DNA from: Paraglaciecola psychrophila | Lineage (GTDB): Bacteria; Pseudomonadota; Gammaproteobacteria; Pseudomonadales; Dasaniaceae | Length of the DNA stretch: 54,348 nt | Assembly: GCA_047623385.1 (NCBI GenBank) | Contig: JBLHLU010000001.1 | Span: 1-54,348, forward strand | Direction of reading: 5' to 3' | In this document: one piece after another, positions 31,196 through 42,205 of the stretch | How positions within the stretch are numbered: the first letter of the stretch is position 1 | Layout of the letters: every line of letters begins with the position of its first letter | Made by a program: the position numbers and the translations under genes | The notes under the pieces: model-generated | What the model was told of the DNA's origin: nothing | What the model saw: the letters and a program-made list of their open reading frames with translations, nothing else | Database searches by the model: none

Positions 31196-32410
31196 ATGTC
31201 AGAATATTCAGTTTTTACGTCGGAGTCTGTTTCCGAGGGCCATCCGGACAAGCTCGCCGATCAAATTTCCGACGCTGTACTCGACGCCGTTATCTGCCGA
31301 GATCCAGTCGCTCGAGTCGCCGTTGAGACCATGGTCAAAACCGGCATGGCAATTGTTGCCGGCGAGCTCACTACCTCTTGTTATGTCGATCTGGAAAATA
31401 TTATCCGCGATGTCATTATCGGTATCGGCTACAACAGCTCTGCGGTGGGCTATGACGGTGCCACCTGCGCAGTACTCAATGCCATTGGCAAACAGTCCGC
31501 CGATATCAATATGGGGGTCGACCGGGCCAATCCTGAAGATCAGGGCGCCGGCGATCAAGGCCTGATGTTTGGCTACGCCACTAATGAAACCGACGTATTG
31601 ATGCCTGCGGCTATTTATTACTCGCACCGCTTAGTTGAGCGCCAAGCGCAGCTGCGCAAAAATGGCACGCTAAGCTGGCTGCGTCCTGACGCCAAATCTC
31701 AGGTTAGCCTGCGTTACCAAGATGGCAAGCCAGTAGCGATCGACGCGGTGGTGTTGTCCACCCAACACGACCCGGATATCTCACTGGAAGATTTGCGCAG
31801 TGCCATTATGGAACACGTGATCTTGCCGGTGCTACCGGCCGACTGGATTCACGCCGACACCCAATTTCATATTAACCCCACCGGCAACTTTGTTATCGGC
31901 GGACCGGTAGGCGACTGCGGCTTGACCGGGCGCAAGATTATTGTCGATACCTACGGCGGCATGGCCCGCCATGGCGGCGGCGCATTTTCCGGCAAGGATC
32001 CCTCCAAGGTCGATCGTTCAGCCGCCTATGCCGGCCGTTATGTAGCCAAAAATGTTGTCGCTGCCGGTCTCGCTGAACGCTGTGAGATACAAGTATCCTA
32101 TGCTATTGGCGTGGCCCAACCGACTTCCATTTCGGTCAATACCTTCGGCACCGGCAAGGTTACCGATGCGCAGCTAATAGATGCCATTACTCAGGTGTTT
32201 GACCTGCGCCCCTATGCCATTACCACCATGTTAGATTTACAACACCCAATGTACCAACTGACCGCAGCCTACGGCCACTTTGGTCGTGAGCCCTTCGAGC
32301 ACACCTATCATTGGGTCGAAAATGGGGTTGAAAAATCTGATACTTTCACCGCTTTTACCTGGGAAAAAACTGATCGGGTAGAAGCACTGAACGCAGCACT
32401 AAACCGTTAG
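31196..32410 (+). CDS. metK: S-adenosylmethionine synthetase
   Basis: [19 protein letters not shown] and [16 protein letters not shown]. Confidence 0.98.
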   Translation: MSEYSVFTSESVSEGHPDKLADQISDAVLDAVICRDPVARVAVETMVKTGMAIVAGELTTSCYVDLENIIRDVIIGIGYNSSAVGYDGATCAVLNAIGKQSADINMGVDRANPEDQGAGDQGLMFGYATNETDVLMPAAIYYSHRLVERQAQLRKNGTLSWLRPDAKSQVSLRYQDGKPVAIDAVVLSTQHDPDISLEDLRSAIMEHVILPVLPADWIHADTQFHINPTGNFVIGGPVGDCGLTGRKIIVDTYGGMARHGGGAFSGKDPSKVDRSAAYAGRYVAKNVVAAGLAERCEIQVSYAIGVAQPTSISVNTFGTGKVTDAQLIDAITQVFDLRPYAITTMLDLQHPMYQLTAAYGHFGREPFEHTYHWVENGVEKSDTFTAFTWEKTDRVEALNAALNR

Positions 32411-32485
32411 GTCGTCTGTCAAAACACGGGTTTACTAAAAAACCCCGTTAAAGATCACAACATAGAAAATACAAAGGAATACACC

Positions 32486-33853
32486 ATGAGCAATGATTAT
32501 AAAGTCGCAGACATCAGCTTGGCCCAGTGGGGTCGTAAAGAGCTGGACATCGCCGAGTCGGAAATGCCGGCACTGATGGCAATGCGCAAGAAATACAGCG
32601 CTGACAAACCCTTAGCCGGGGCTAAAATACTGGGTTGTATCCACATGACCATCCAAACTGGGGTGTTGATTGAAACCCTGATCGATTTGGGTGCCGAAGT
32701 GCGCTGGTCCTCCTGTAATATTTTCAGTACTCAGGATCACGCCGCGGCGGCTATCGCTGCTGCCGGGGTACCGGTCTTCGCTTGGAAGGGTGAGACTGAG
32801 GAAGAGTACGAATGGTGCTTGGAACAGACAATACTGAAAGACGGCGAACCTTGGGACGCTAATATGGTACTTGATGACGGCGGTGATCTGACCCTGATGC
32901 TGCACCAACAATACCCGGCAATGCTCGATCGCATTCACGGTGTCACCGAGGAGACCACCACCGGTGTTCATCGCCTCCAGGAAATGCTGGACAATGGAAC
33001 CCTGCGGATACCCGCCATCAATGTTAACGATTCGGTGACCAAATCTAAGAACGACAATAAGTACGGCTGTCGCCACTCGCTCAACGATGCTATTAAGCGT
33101 GGCACCGATCACCTGCTGGCCGGCAAGAAAGCGCTGGTCATCGGCTATGGCGATGTCGGCAAGGGCTCGGCTCAGTCCCTCAATCAAGAAGGCATGATTG
33201 TTAAAGTCTCTGAAATTGATCCGATCTGCGCGATGCAGGCTTGTATGGACGGTTATGAAGTGGTCTCGCCCTACAACGGCGGGCTCAATACAGGGCAGCT
33301 ACAGGACACCAACAAAGCGCTACTGGAAAATACCGACCTAGTTGTCACCACTACCGGCAACGTCAATGTCTGTGACTCCGCTATGTTGCAGTCACTTAAA
33401 GTTGGCGCTGTAGTTAGCAATATTGGCCATTTCGACAATGAAATCGACACTGTCTTTATGCGCGAAAACTGGGAGTGGGACGAGGTCAAGCCTCAAGTAC
33501 ACAAGATTTACCGGGACAAGGCTGCCAACGACTATTTGATTCTGTTGTCCGAGGGTCGTCTGGTCAACTTGGGCAACGCCACTGGGCACCCCTCGCGCAT
33601 CATGGACGGCTCTTTCTCCAATCAAGTGCTGGCACAAATGTATTTATTTGAGCGTAAATTTGCCGATCTAGAGAGCGCCTTAAAGCCCGCAGCAATCGGC
33701 TTGGAAGTACTGCCGAAAAAACTCGATGAGGAAGTAGCAGCGGATATGGTTAACGGTTTTGGTGGCGTTATCACCAAACTGACGCAAACTCAGGCGGATT
33801 ACATTAATGTTCCCGTCGTCGGACCCTATAAAGTCGAGTCTTATAAGTACTGA
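32486..33853 (+). CDS. ahcY: Adenosylhomocysteinase
   Basis: [31 protein letters not shown] and [14 protein letters not shown]. Confidence 0.98.
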   Translation: MSNDYKVADISLAQWGRKELDIAESEMPALMAMRKKYSADKPLAGAKILGCIHMTIQTGVLIETLIDLGAEVRWSSCNIFSTQDHAAAAIAAAGVPVFAWKGETEEEYEWCLEQTILKDGEPWDANMVLDDGGDLTLMLHQQYPAMLDRIHGVTEETTTGVHRLQEMLDNGTLRIPAINVNDSVTKSKNDNKYGCRHSLNDAIKRGTDHLLAGKKALVIGYGDVGKGSAQSLNQEGMIVKVSEIDPICAMQACMDGYEVVSPYNGGLNTGQLQDTNKALLENTDLVVTTTGNVNVCDSAMLQSLKVGAVVSNIGHFDNEIDTVFMRENWEWDEVKPQVHKIYRDKAANDYLILLSEGRLVNLGNATGHPSRIMDGSFSNQVLAQMYLFERKFADLESALKPAAIGLEVLPKKLDEEVAADMVNGFGGVITKLTQTQADYINVPVVGPYKVESYKY

Positions 33854-33859
33854 TAGAAC

Positions 33860-33881
33860 GGGCCCGCGCTACCGCGGGCCC
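33860..33881 (+). other. Perfect 9-bp GC hairpin after ahcY (mRNA stability or weak termination element)
   Basis: GGGCCCGCG-CTAC-CGCGGGCCC. No U-tract follows, so it is not called an intrinsic terminator. Confidence 0.55.
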
Positions 33882-33945
33882 ACCCATTCCAGTGTGTTGC
33901 TAGGCGCTATTGCAGTGGCAACACACGTATAAAAAGCCTGCCATC

Positions 33946-34794
33946 ATGACCAACAAAAAAAGCTTTAGTTTCGAGTTTTTCCCGCCTAAGACTGCTGCTG
34001 GCAGACAAAAACTAGATGCTGTTCAGGCAGAGCTCAATACCTTGGGTCCTGAATTTTTCTCGGTAACCTACGGTGCCGGAGGTTCTACCCGGGACAATAC
34101 TAAGGAGATCGTACTGGCAATGAATGCGCAGTCGATTGCCACCGCCCCGCATTTATCTTTTGGCGCCGACAGCGAAGAAGACATTCTCGAACTGCTCGGT
34201 GAGTACCAACGTGCCGGGGTTCGCCGTATAGTCGCGCTGCGCGGAGACATGCCCTCGGGTATGGGCGCACAGCGCTTGGTTTACGCCAGTGAATTGGTCG
34301 CCTTTGTGCGCCGTCATACCGGCGACTATTTCGATATCACTGTCGCTGCTTATCCGGAGATCCACCCCGACGCCGATAGCTTCGACGCCGATATCGGTTT
34401 TCTCAGACAAAAATTTGATGCCGGCGCCAACAGCGCTATCACCCAGTATTTTTACAATGCTGACGGCTACTTCTATTTTGTCGAACAATGCCGGCGAGCG
34501 GGCATCGAACAGCCGATCTACCCCGGTATTATGCCGATTACCAATTATCACAACTTGGCTCGTTTCTCTAAAAATTGCGGCGCCGACATTCCCCGCTGGA
34601 TCAGCCAAAGGCTGCAGGGCTACGGCGAGGATACCGCTAGTATTCGCGCCTTTGGTATCGAAGTAGTCACCGATTTATGCGAGCGACTGCTGGCGGGAGG
34701 GGCGCCGGGTTTTCATTTTTACTCGATGAATCAAGTTGAGCCCAATAAGACAATCTGGAACAATCTAGACTTGTCAGCTCACTGCGCACCCTGA
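33946..34794 (+). CDS. metF: 5,10-methylenetetrahydrofolate reductase
   Basis: SFEFFPPKT, SVTYGAGGSTR, ALRGD, AAYPE and ITQYFY. Confidence 0.96.
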   Translation: MTNKKSFSFEFFPPKTAAGRQKLDAVQAELNTLGPEFFSVTYGAGGSTRDNTKEIVLAMNAQSIATAPHLSFGADSEEDILELLGEYQRAGVRRIVALRGDMPSGMGAQRLVYASELVAFVRRHTGDYFDITVAAYPEIHPDADSFDADIGFLRQKFDAGANSAITQYFYNADGYFYFVEQCRRAGIEQPIYPGIMPITNYHNLARFSKNCGADIPRWISQRLQGYGEDTASIRAFGIEVVTDLCERLLAGGAPGFHFYSMNQVEPNKTIWNNLDLSAHCAP

Positions 34795-34811
34795 TAGAGG
34801 ACCGGCAAGCC

Positions 34812-35537
34812 ATGCGCATACCGCGAATTTACAGCACCCAGACACTGGCCTTAGAGCAAGCCTTGCGGCTGGAGCAAAAGCCCAGCCACCATATCAGCAA
34901 GGTACTGCGCTTAGTCGCAGGCGATGAACTCGATCTATTTGACGGTCGCGGCGGCCAGTACCGGGCACGCATCGAAGCGGTTAGCAAAAAGTGGGTCGAG
35001 GTAATCACCACTGATTTTGATGCCGAGGACCGCGAGTCGCCGCTGCATATTCACCTGGGAATTGCTATTTCTAAAGGCGATCGCATGGACCAAGTCATGC
35101 AAAAAGCCACTGAGCTTGGCGTGTCTACGATCACCCCGCTGTACGCGGCACGCTCGCAAATCAAACTTAAGGGCGAGCGCGCTGAAAAGAAAGTCGACTA
35201 TTGGCGACAAATCACCGTGGCGGCCTGCGAGCAATGCCAGCGCAACCGTCTGCCGCAGGTGCAGGACATAGCCCATCTCAGCGATTGGGTAGCGCACTGT
35301 GAGGTGCAGCAAAAATTTGTCTTACACCACCGCAGCGTCGGTCAAATTGACCAGCAGCAAGCGGTCGACAGCGTCGCATTGTTAGTGGGACCGGAGGGTG
35401 GGCTCGATAGTGACGAGATTGATGAGGCGGAGCGCGCGGGTTATCAATCACTGACCTTGGGCCCCCGGGTACTGCGCACCGAGACCGCACCACTGGCGGC
35501 CATTAGCCTGCTGCAACATCTGTGGGGAGATCTATAA
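34812..35537 (+). CDS. rsmE: 16S rRNA m3U1498 methyltransferase
   Basis: MRIPRIY, QKATELGV, ACEQC, VGPEGG and LGPRVLRTETA. Confidence 0.96.
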   Translation: MRIPRIYSTQTLALEQALRLEQKPSHHISKVLRLVAGDELDLFDGRGGQYRARIEAVSKKWVEVITTDFDAEDRESPLHIHLGIAISKGDRMDQVMQKATELGVSTITPLYAARSQIKLKGERAEKKVDYWRQITVAACEQCQRNRLPQVQDIAHLSDWVAHCEVQQKFVLHHRSVGQIDQQQAVDSVALLVGPEGGLDSDEIDEAERAGYQSLTLGPRVLRTETAPLAAISLLQHLWGDL

Positions 35538-35792
35538 GCTGCGCCAACGCAGGGCTTGTTACTCGACAGCTCTAGCGTGCACTGCTGCCCTGCAGTGGGC
35601 TGTGCAGTGAACTAATCATTGGACTATGCATTTAGCTTTTTACTAAGCACTTCACTTAGCAATTCGTTTAGCTTTTAAGGTCATTGTTCAGCGGACTGTT
35701 CGTCAAAACCATTGATCGGGTTATGCAACGCGCTATGCATAACATCGGGTAGCGAACCGCCCAGCGGTCGATCTAGGCCGCCATAATGTCAC

Positions 35793-35831
35793 TACTTTTT
35801 CATGGTTACTTTTTCATGGTTACTTTTTCAT
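35793..35831 (-). repeat. 14-bp tandem triplication of the last codons and stop of the upstream gene (ATGAAAAAGTAACC)
   Basis: The minus strand reads ATG AAA AAG TAA CC ATG AAA AAG TAA CC ATG AAA AAG TAG. Confidence 0.85.
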
Positions 35832-36185
35832 CATTACTTTGATCAAATAGTTGATCAGATCGATCTCAATGCCTTCGTCGACGGAAGACAGTAACTCGTT
35901 GGAAATTTCCAGCTGAAAGGGGTTACCAAAGAAGAACCGCCGAATCGCCAAGAACTCACGTTTGCAAGCCTTCGGGGCGTATTTTACCGCGGTATCAAAG
36001 TCAGACACCAAAATAAGTTGCGCGCCTTTTTTCATCACACAGCTGCGGTACTTGCCTTTTAAATTTTCCAACTCACTGCGGTCGGGATAAAGCTCTCTGT
36101 GCGCGTTTTTTTGCGATAGAGCCAGCTGAGAAAAAAGTGCTAGGCTCAAGCAGCAGACAACGGCAATACGTACAGATTGAAGCAT
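35820..36185 (-). CDS. Hypothetical small secreted protein
   Basis: Signal-peptide-like N-terminus and two Cys in the mature part. Starts 12 nt after the FN3 gene stop on the same strand. Confidence 0.7.
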   Translation of the reverse strand: MLQSVRIAVVCCLSLALFSQLALSQKNAHRELYPDRSELENLKGKYRSCVMKKGAQLILVSDFDTAVKYAPKACKREFLAIRRFFFGNPFQLEISNELLSSVDEGIEIDLINYLIKVMMKK

Positions 36186-36197
36186 AATAGAACCTGT

Positions 36198-38966
36198 TTA
36201 ATTAGCGGTCTTGGTATCAGACATTGCGCTGAGTAAACCAGCGGCGTTTTTTGCCACGACGCCGTAGCAGTAGCGTTTGTTTGGGTCGATATCGAGATCA
36301 TCAAATGCAGCTAGCTTTGCCGGCACAGTCCTCAGTTTCGACAATTTTTTACACTCGCTATCAGTGGCTCGATAAACAATAAATTCAATGACAGTGGCAT
36401 CTGCACTCAATGCCCAAGACACAGACACCGCACCCTCAACCGCTGCAGCCGCTAAACCATTCACCCTAGCGGGCAGTACCATGGTTTTCGCTGTGAGCAA
36501 TTCAGAGACTGCACCTTGAGCGCCAAAAGTATTATACGCTGCTATCTGGTAACTGTAGCGCTGTTGGTCCTTCAAGGTATTAAAGGCACTACCCTTGTCC
36601 AGGTAACTGGCGCGTTTGAAACCTTTGACACGCTGGTAGGACTCCAGTTCCCCGCCCTCGATAGCTCGATAAATTTGATAGCCGCCAACATCGCTGTCAG
36701 CGGCGGCGGTCCACGCAATGGCAACCGACTTCAGCAAACCACTGGTAACAGTGAAGTCCAGCGGCGGCGGCGGCAGGTCCTTAGTCGCAGCGCTAACAAT
36801 GTTGGAGCTGGGCAACTCACCACTGTCATCGACAGCTAACAACTTGTAGCGATATACCCTACCGTCCTGCAGTGCCGCTTTATCGGTATAATCAGTTGCA
36901 GTGGCTCTCAGCTTTCTTATCTTTTGCCAATTGTCCGGATCTGCAGCTTCACTTCGATACAAATTAAATGCCGTTATCTGATACTGTTTATTCCAGCTCA
37001 GCTGAGCCCTTCGCAGCAAATCAGTTGCAACCAATTGCAACTCTACAGCCACCGGATTTTCGATCGCGACCGTACTGTCAACGTCACTTGACAAGTCATC
37101 GATATCTACAGCCATTAAGCGATAAGACACCGACCGATAGGGTTTTAAATTGCCGTCGCTGTATGTCAACTGGCCCGCTTCCAGCGTTGCCAATCGCTGC
37201 CATTGTTGTCCCGCCCACTGACGTTGCAGTTGATAACTTGCGATATCTTGATTGGGGCTGGCGTGCCACTGCAATTCAATCGTAGAGTCAATCGCCGCCG
37301 CGGCAAAGAAGCGCCCGGGCTGAGGGCGCAGCTTGGTGGTGATAGTCATCACCTCAGAATAATCACCGAGCCCACCCGCAGTATTTTCCGCCGCCATTTT
37401 ATAGCTGTAACGACTACCATCGGCAAGATTTTTATTATCTTCATAATCCGATTTAGTAGCGCCTTTAATAAAAGCTATACGTTCAAAAGATTCTGATTGC
37501 GACAACTCTTGTCGGTAGATCGCGTAGCCCGCCACATCCGGGTCGCTTGAAGCACTCCAGCTCAATGTTGCTCTTTTGACTTGGTTTGCCACTACCAAAA
37601 ACGCTCTGATGGCAGTTGGAACGGCCTTGGTTATTGCCTCAGTGGCAGCCTTGAAAGCACTCTCACCAGCGCTGTCAAACGCGGCAATATAGTAGCGATA
37701 GCCGGTACCGTCTTGCAGTGAATCTTGGTCGGTATAACTAACCGTAGTGTTACGTTTTATCGTCGCTATCTGCTGCCACTCGCTATCGGCTAGTAACTGG
37801 CGGTAAACCTTATAACCCTTAGCCAGATCAACTTGGTTCCAGTTTAGCTCTATACGCCGCAGCATCGCTTCACCATTGACGGTCACCTGCGGTGCCGCGG
37901 TCGATTGCAGTTTGCTGCTCGCTGAATAGGCACTTTCCTGCTGAGACGGCGTGCGAGCACTAACGGCAAATTCATAATCGGTTGCCGACTGAAAAATATT
38001 GGATTTTGAGAACAGATATTCACTGACCCCCGCAGCCGTCGCCAGGGTACCGATGGCCTGCCATTCACTGGCACCAAGCAGGCGTTGATAGATCCGATGA
38101 TCCGCGATATTTTTATTTCTCAGTGAGGCAAGAAATTTTAACTCGATGCTATTGATACCAAAGGCGGCGCTGACAATGGTTGGCGGAAATAAGTTAGCCA
38201 GTGCTTTTTTCTTTGTTGTTATGACGCTGGAGGCGGTAGTGTTAAAGCGACGTTCCGAGCCGTCGGCGGCTACCAGAGCCAGCTGGTAGTAATTTTGATC
38301 CGGATTCGGGCGCAAATCTCGATAGGATGAGCGCGTTGACTCGCCGATATACGTAAAGGGCCCACGAGCGCTGCTTGCACGATAAACTTTAACCTGTTGG
38401 CCACGGTTGGCCGCGGCTATAGACCAGCTCAACTTGATCCTGCCGGCTTGAGCTTTGGCAGCAAAACTTGCCAATTCCGGCTTCACATTTCGCTCAAAAC
38501 GGCGGCCAAATTCTACGACAAATTTAGCAACTACACTTTCAGTTTCGGAGTAGATGTCGGCATTGCTAGAGCCTACTTTTTTGATCTTAAGCCGCAGCGC
38601 GCCATTTTTTACATCGTATAGGCCGTACTCTAATTGCACATGGGCACCATTGGCACTAATGCTTCCGGCGATTACATAGTCGACTCCGAGGGATGAGCCC
38701 GAGCGCACAATGCTGGCCAACTGATCGCTGCTCTCGACATTGAGGCGTTTCAGCTTGTCTTCCATGGCGCGCCGAGAAATAACTTCAATATTGCCGCGCT
38801 TGGAAAAGACCGAGCGCAGCGCAGAATCAATAGGACCCGTTATTTCAACAGCTTCAATGGTTTTGGCCGTGAAATTGTATATCGCGATATTGTAGACTTG
38901 TTCGGCATAAGCCTGGGAACAATTCCACAATATCAGCGCAGAAAAAATGAATCTGAAATATCTCAT
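36198..38966 (-). CDS. Secreted protein with an N-terminal TolB-N/CsgG-like alpha/beta domain and about 8 fibronectin type III repeats
   Basis: Signal peptide ending AYA. Repeated LxW...Y.IYR...Y.D..L.DG..Y.Y...A.D..G..S units of about 95 aa. Confidence 0.82.
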   Translation of the reverse strand: MRYFRFIFSALILWNCSQAYAEQVYNIAIYNFTAKTIEAVEITGPIDSALRSVFSKRGNIEVISRRAMEDKLKRLNVESSDQLASIVRSGSSLGVDYVIAGSISANGAHVQLEYGLYDVKNGALRLKIKKVGSSNADIYSETESVVAKFVVEFGRRFERNVKPELASFAAKAQAGRIKLSWSIAAANRGQQVKVYRASSARGPFTYIGESTRSSYRDLRPNPDQNYYQLALVAADGSERRFNTTASSVITTKKKALANLFPPTIVSAAFGINSIELKFLASLRNKNIADHRIYQRLLGASEWQAIGTLATAAGVSEYLFSKSNIFQSATDYEFAVSARTPSQQESAYSASSKLQSTAAPQVTVNGEAMLRRIELNWNQVDLAKGYKVYRQLLADSEWQQIATIKRNTTVSYTDQDSLQDGTGYRYYIAAFDSAGESAFKAATEAITKAVPTAIRAFLVVANQVKRATLSWSASSDPDVAGYAIYRQELSQSESFERIAFIKGATKSDYEDNKNLADGSRYSYKMAAENTAGGLGDYSEVMTITTKLRPQPGRFFAAAAIDSTIELQWHASPNQDIASYQLQRQWAGQQWQRLATLEAGQLTYSDGNLKPYRSVSYRLMAVDIDDLSSDVDSTVAIENPVAVELQLVATDLLRRAQLSWNKQYQITAFNLYRSEAADPDNWQKIRKLRATATDYTDKAALQDGRVYRYKLLAVDDSGELPSSNIVSAATKDLPPPPLDFTVTSGLLKSVAIAWTAAADSDVGGYQIYRAIEGGELESYQRVKGFKRASYLDKGSAFNTLKDQQRYSYQIAAYNTFGAQGAVSELLTAKTMVLPARVNGLAAAAVEGAVSVSWALSADATVIEFIVYRATDSECKKLSKLRTVPAKLAAFDDLDIDPNKRYCYGVVAKNAAGLLSAMSDTKTAN

Positions 38967-38969
38967 TAA

Positions 38970-40946
38970 TTAAAACTGGAAATTCACTAGTGATCTATCG
39001 ATAAGCTGCTCAGCTTTTGCTGCCACCGGCGAGTTGGCGATAGACTTCAGCCGCACGTCAAAAACCGAGTCGACTAATTTTTCCGCAGCTGCTAGATTTT
39101 CACGCCGTTTGAGAAAACGCTCACCGTCTTCCAGATACTGAGATTCCAAGTTTTGAATCGGTGATAAGACTTCAGCGACCAGTTCATCGACAATGCTTTG
39201 GGTGATGAGTTTTAACACCTGCGTATTAGTCGGAATATCGAGGGCATCAAAAACCACGCCTGCCATATCGAGTCCTTCGTTAGCCGAATCGGTAAATATT
39301 TTAGTGCGCTCAAGGGTTTTGACTTTAATTGTTTCGCCGGTCGAGCTGTCGACAATACGGAATGCTAATTCGACAAAACCAACCTTCTTCACGCTTTTTA
39401 CTTCGTAGGAAATGTTTTCATATTGTGGCACCATGACTTTTGCCTGTGGCGCATTTTTTAGCTCGGCATTACTGGCATTTGAATTGCTTGCCTTCCAGTT
39501 GAGAAATTCGATGTTGTCTTCAATTTTTTCACCTGTTTTTACCCGTGCAGTTTTGCGGTTAGTACTATCGGTCTGATCGACACGGTAGCGCAGTACACTG
39601 CCCATAATGGCAATATCAATACCGTATATCTTGCCAATTTCCTGACTGTCACTCTCCGACACTAAGCCAATCTGGGCCAGTTTCATTTCTTCCAAAATAG
39701 TCTTCAAGCTTTCTCGCTCGAGAATAGAGACATCTTTACTACTGCTGACAAAGAGCCTGGAGATCAAATTGTTAGCGACAATAATACCCGCATCAGCGCT
39801 GTCCTTGGGGCTGGTAAAATCATAGACCGCGATCAGCTTTTTAATCCGCGCAAAGATTTTATCTTCTAGGTTCTTAATATTACTGTACTGGGATTCGAGC
39901 TGATCGATACGCTGATACAATACCCAGGCCACGCCATAGCGTCCCTGTTTGGTCATTTTTTTTGCCGCCGCGGTGATTTTGTCTTTCAGTGTATCGCCTA
40001 GGCTAAGCATTTTACGGTCGAAATCGGGCAGGTTTATTTCTTTTGCCTGAGTATAGCTGTCAAAAGCGCCAATCAAGCGCCGCTGCTTCAACAAACTTTC
40101 GACCTTCAAAATCAGCTGATCCTGACGATCAAAGTCTGCTTTATCACGCGCAACCATGCACGGTTCAACTAAGCCGTCGAATCGGTCTGAGGCCCGGCAC
40201 AGCAATAGCACTTTGTCCCACTCTTTTTGCGCCATGCGGGTAGCGATAGCACCGCGGTAATAGGCTTCGTTATCTTTGCCGCTGACTTCATTTAGCAACA
40301 GCCGAATCTCTGAGCTGTTGCCATCGATGTCGGAGGCAACGGTTAAGGTGGCCAGCGCCGTGGCGATATTCTCAGCATCCATTTGTTCCAGCGCCGAATC
40401 AATCATACTGGCCACACCATCACCGCGTATTTTGTCCATTAACGACACCGCGTTATCAGCATCGGGGTTTTTCTCGAGCAGTTCACTCAACTCATAAAAC
40501 GCCTCGCCCCACTCGCCACGGTCGACCAGTGCCGTCGCTGCCGCTAAGGTTTCGTCTGAGGCCTCATAAAAAGCACTCACCGCTGCATCTACCGCCGCCG
40601 AAAACACTTTTGTTGTCTCTTCACTGGGATACAAGCCTCGAACTCGCTGCGCATTAACGGTAACCTTGTTAACTTCTTCAAGATTGACCAGCCCTGCGCT
40701 TAGCAATGGTTCCATGGTGCTAATCAGGCGTGACACAATCGCTCGCTGTAGCTGGTCTTTTTTCAGCAGGTACTCCGTCTTGGAAGGATCCTTAGCGATG
40801 GCGCTATCGATATAGGCCAGCGCCTCATCTAAGCTACCCATTTGTTCCAGCGACAGCGCCGACTGCCACTCACTCTTAGTATCTGGGCCAGAGGCGCAGC
40901 CGACTAAGCACAAAACCAGAACTGTAACCGCTAATCGTTTAAACAT
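38970..40946 (-). CDS. Lipoprotein with TPR-like helical region and C-terminal CsgG/HfaB-like domain
   Basis: Lipobox LVGC, TPR-like N-terminal half, and IAVYDF...ILERESLKTILEEMKLAQIGLV...EIGKIYGIDIAIMGSV typical of CsgG-like domains. Confidence 0.75.
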   Translation of the reverse strand: MFKRLAVTVLVLCLVGCASGPDTKSEWQSALSLEQMGSLDEALAYIDSAIAKDPSKTEYLLKKDQLQRAIVSRLISTMEPLLSAGLVNLEEVNKVTVNAQRVRGLYPSEETTKVFSAAVDAAVSAFYEASDETLAAATALVDRGEWGEAFYELSELLEKNPDADNAVSLMDKIRGDGVASMIDSALEQMDAENIATALATLTVASDIDGNSSEIRLLLNEVSGKDNEAYYRGAIATRMAQKEWDKVLLLCRASDRFDGLVEPCMVARDKADFDRQDQLILKVESLLKQRRLIGAFDSYTQAKEINLPDFDRKMLSLGDTLKDKITAAAKKMTKQGRYGVAWVLYQRIDQLESQYSNIKNLEDKIFARIKKLIAVYDFTSPKDSADAGIIVANNLISRLFVSSSKDVSILERESLKTILEEMKLAQIGLVSESDSQEIGKIYGIDIAIMGSVLRYRVDQTDSTNRKTARVKTGEKIEDNIEFLNWKASNSNASNAELKNAPQAKVMVPQYENISYEVKSVKKVGFVELAFRIVDSSTGETIKVKTLERTKIFTDSANEGLDMAGVVFDALDIPTNTQVLKLITQSIVDELVAEVLSPIQNLESQYLEDGERFLKRRENLAAAEKLVDSVFDVRLKSIANSPVAAKAEQLIDRSLVNFQF

Positions 40947-41080
40947 TTGAACTCACCCTGTTATCAAGTTGTGGTTATTAAACCCGCTGCTTTTAATACC
41001 TTTCAATACGCTGTCAGCAACCAATTGATACTATGTCAGCACCGTAATCAGCACCCGATTCATCCCTGCAGCTAACGCTA

Positions 41081-42205
41081 TCAATTGCCGGCGATGCTAA
41101 TGCTCACCGTATTCGCGCTTATCTTGTCGACACGATAACCCAACGCTGTAGTGGCGCTATGGAGCTTGATCTCCTGTGCGAGATTATCTGCTGAACCTCG
41201 GTAACTAACATTAACGATAGAGGTAGATGCCCTATCACCAGCGCGAATTTTCTCTAGTCCGTTAATGCCGATACTAGCACTGCGCAGCCATAAATAAAAT
41301 TGTTGCGCAGCTGAGCTCGAGCCCTGCAATACAATATCCAATGAACGCTGACGCAGTTTAAAAGAATCAATTTTATCGCGCAGTGCTTGCCCTACGTCAT
41401 CAAAGTATTGCACGGACTGGCGGTACACACGACCACCCCCCTTACTAGTTTTTAACAGATCGACCCCGCTGATAGAGCCCTGTTCGGATAATACCTCGCC
41501 CGCTCGGGCAAAACGCAAAGACGACTGATAGTGTAGCTTGTCGCTGATGATGCTAACTCCGTGCACTTCACTAGCACTTTGAGTATTGCTAATTTTAATT
41601 GCCAATTGCGCCAAATCGCTAGCGCGAGGATTGCGGCCACTAACCACCTCAACACCACTGTCAGCCAGATCTTCGCTAACCGTTTTGATTAAGTGCTTTG
41701 CCAGCGGCGAGCCCGCCACACCATTATTGCCATCGATACTAAGCAACACCGTATAGCGCCGATCCCGCGACAGAGTGCGCAACTGCTCGCTATAAAACTG
41801 GGAAAACTTCTCACTGTCGAAGAAATACTCGACCCCTACTTCCAGTGTTTTATGTTCAGTCAAGTCGCTGAACAACACATCGTAATCATCAAAACTGGCC
41901 ACATAGCGAGCAACTAGAGCCTTTTTGGCATGTCCCAGCCCCAACCCTTCCATGGTCGCGTAAACATAAGGCTTAACTAGCTTATCAGCGTATTCGGCCT
42001 TGCCGTCTTTGACAAATTTGTCCTCGACCTGGCGAGCGGCGTTAACATCTGCAAAAAAATCACCGGCATAATGATTAACAAAACTATATTCTCTGGCCGC
42101 GCCATACTGCGCCGACAACAAACAAAACATCGCCACAAGAGCGAGTATCACAGCTTTTATCACTGCCACCATCAGCTGTTTACTGCTTCGCGCTATTATT
42201 CTCAT
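41081..42205 (-). CDS. Hypothetical exported protein (possibly FlgT-like alpha/beta architecture)
   Basis: Hydrophobic N-terminal signal. ATGA overlap with the kinase stop. The family assignment is only a weak impression. Confidence 0.65.
   Translation of the reverse strand: MRIIARSSKQLMVAVIKAVILALVAMFCLLSAQYGAAREYSFVNHYAGDFFADVNAARQVEDKFVKDGKAEYADKLVKPYVYATMEGLGLGHAKKALVARYVASFDDYDVLFSDLTEHKTLEVGVEYFFDSEKFSQFYSEQLRTLSRDRRYTVLLSIDGNNGVAGSPLAKHLIKTVSEDLADSGVEVVSGRNPRASDLAQLAIKISNTQSASEVHGVSIISDKLHYQSSLRFARAGEVLSEQGSISGVDLLKTSKGGGRVYRQSVQYFDDVGQALRDKIDSFKLRQRSLDIVLQGSSSAAQQFYLWLRSASIGINGLEKIRAGDRASTSIVNVSYRGSADNLAQEIKLHSATTALGYRVDKISANTVSISIAGN

Noticed and set aside
32411-32485. SAH riboswitch upstream of ahcY
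   Set aside because: Only 75 nt with one bulged hairpin and no SAH consensus elements. SahR explains the regulation.
32612-33187. Long antisense or alternate-frame ORFs, e.g. 32612-33187, 18561-19076, 88-576, 34153-34608, 47076-47474, 53734-54312
   Set aside because: They are shadows of well-supported genes on the opposite strand or frame, as expected from codon bias.
9389-33945. N-terminal extensions in the ORF track (aminotransferase 10693, channel 12077, parE 15121, serA 22449, fba 26479, metK 31073, metF 33910)
   Set aside because: Downstream ATGs match family N-termini and/or SD positions, so the extensions are longest-ORF artefacts.
35715-35750. dif/Xer site at the island edge (GCATAA motif)
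   Set aside because: There is no TTATGTTAAAT-like XerD arm at the right spacing, only a simple inverted repeat.
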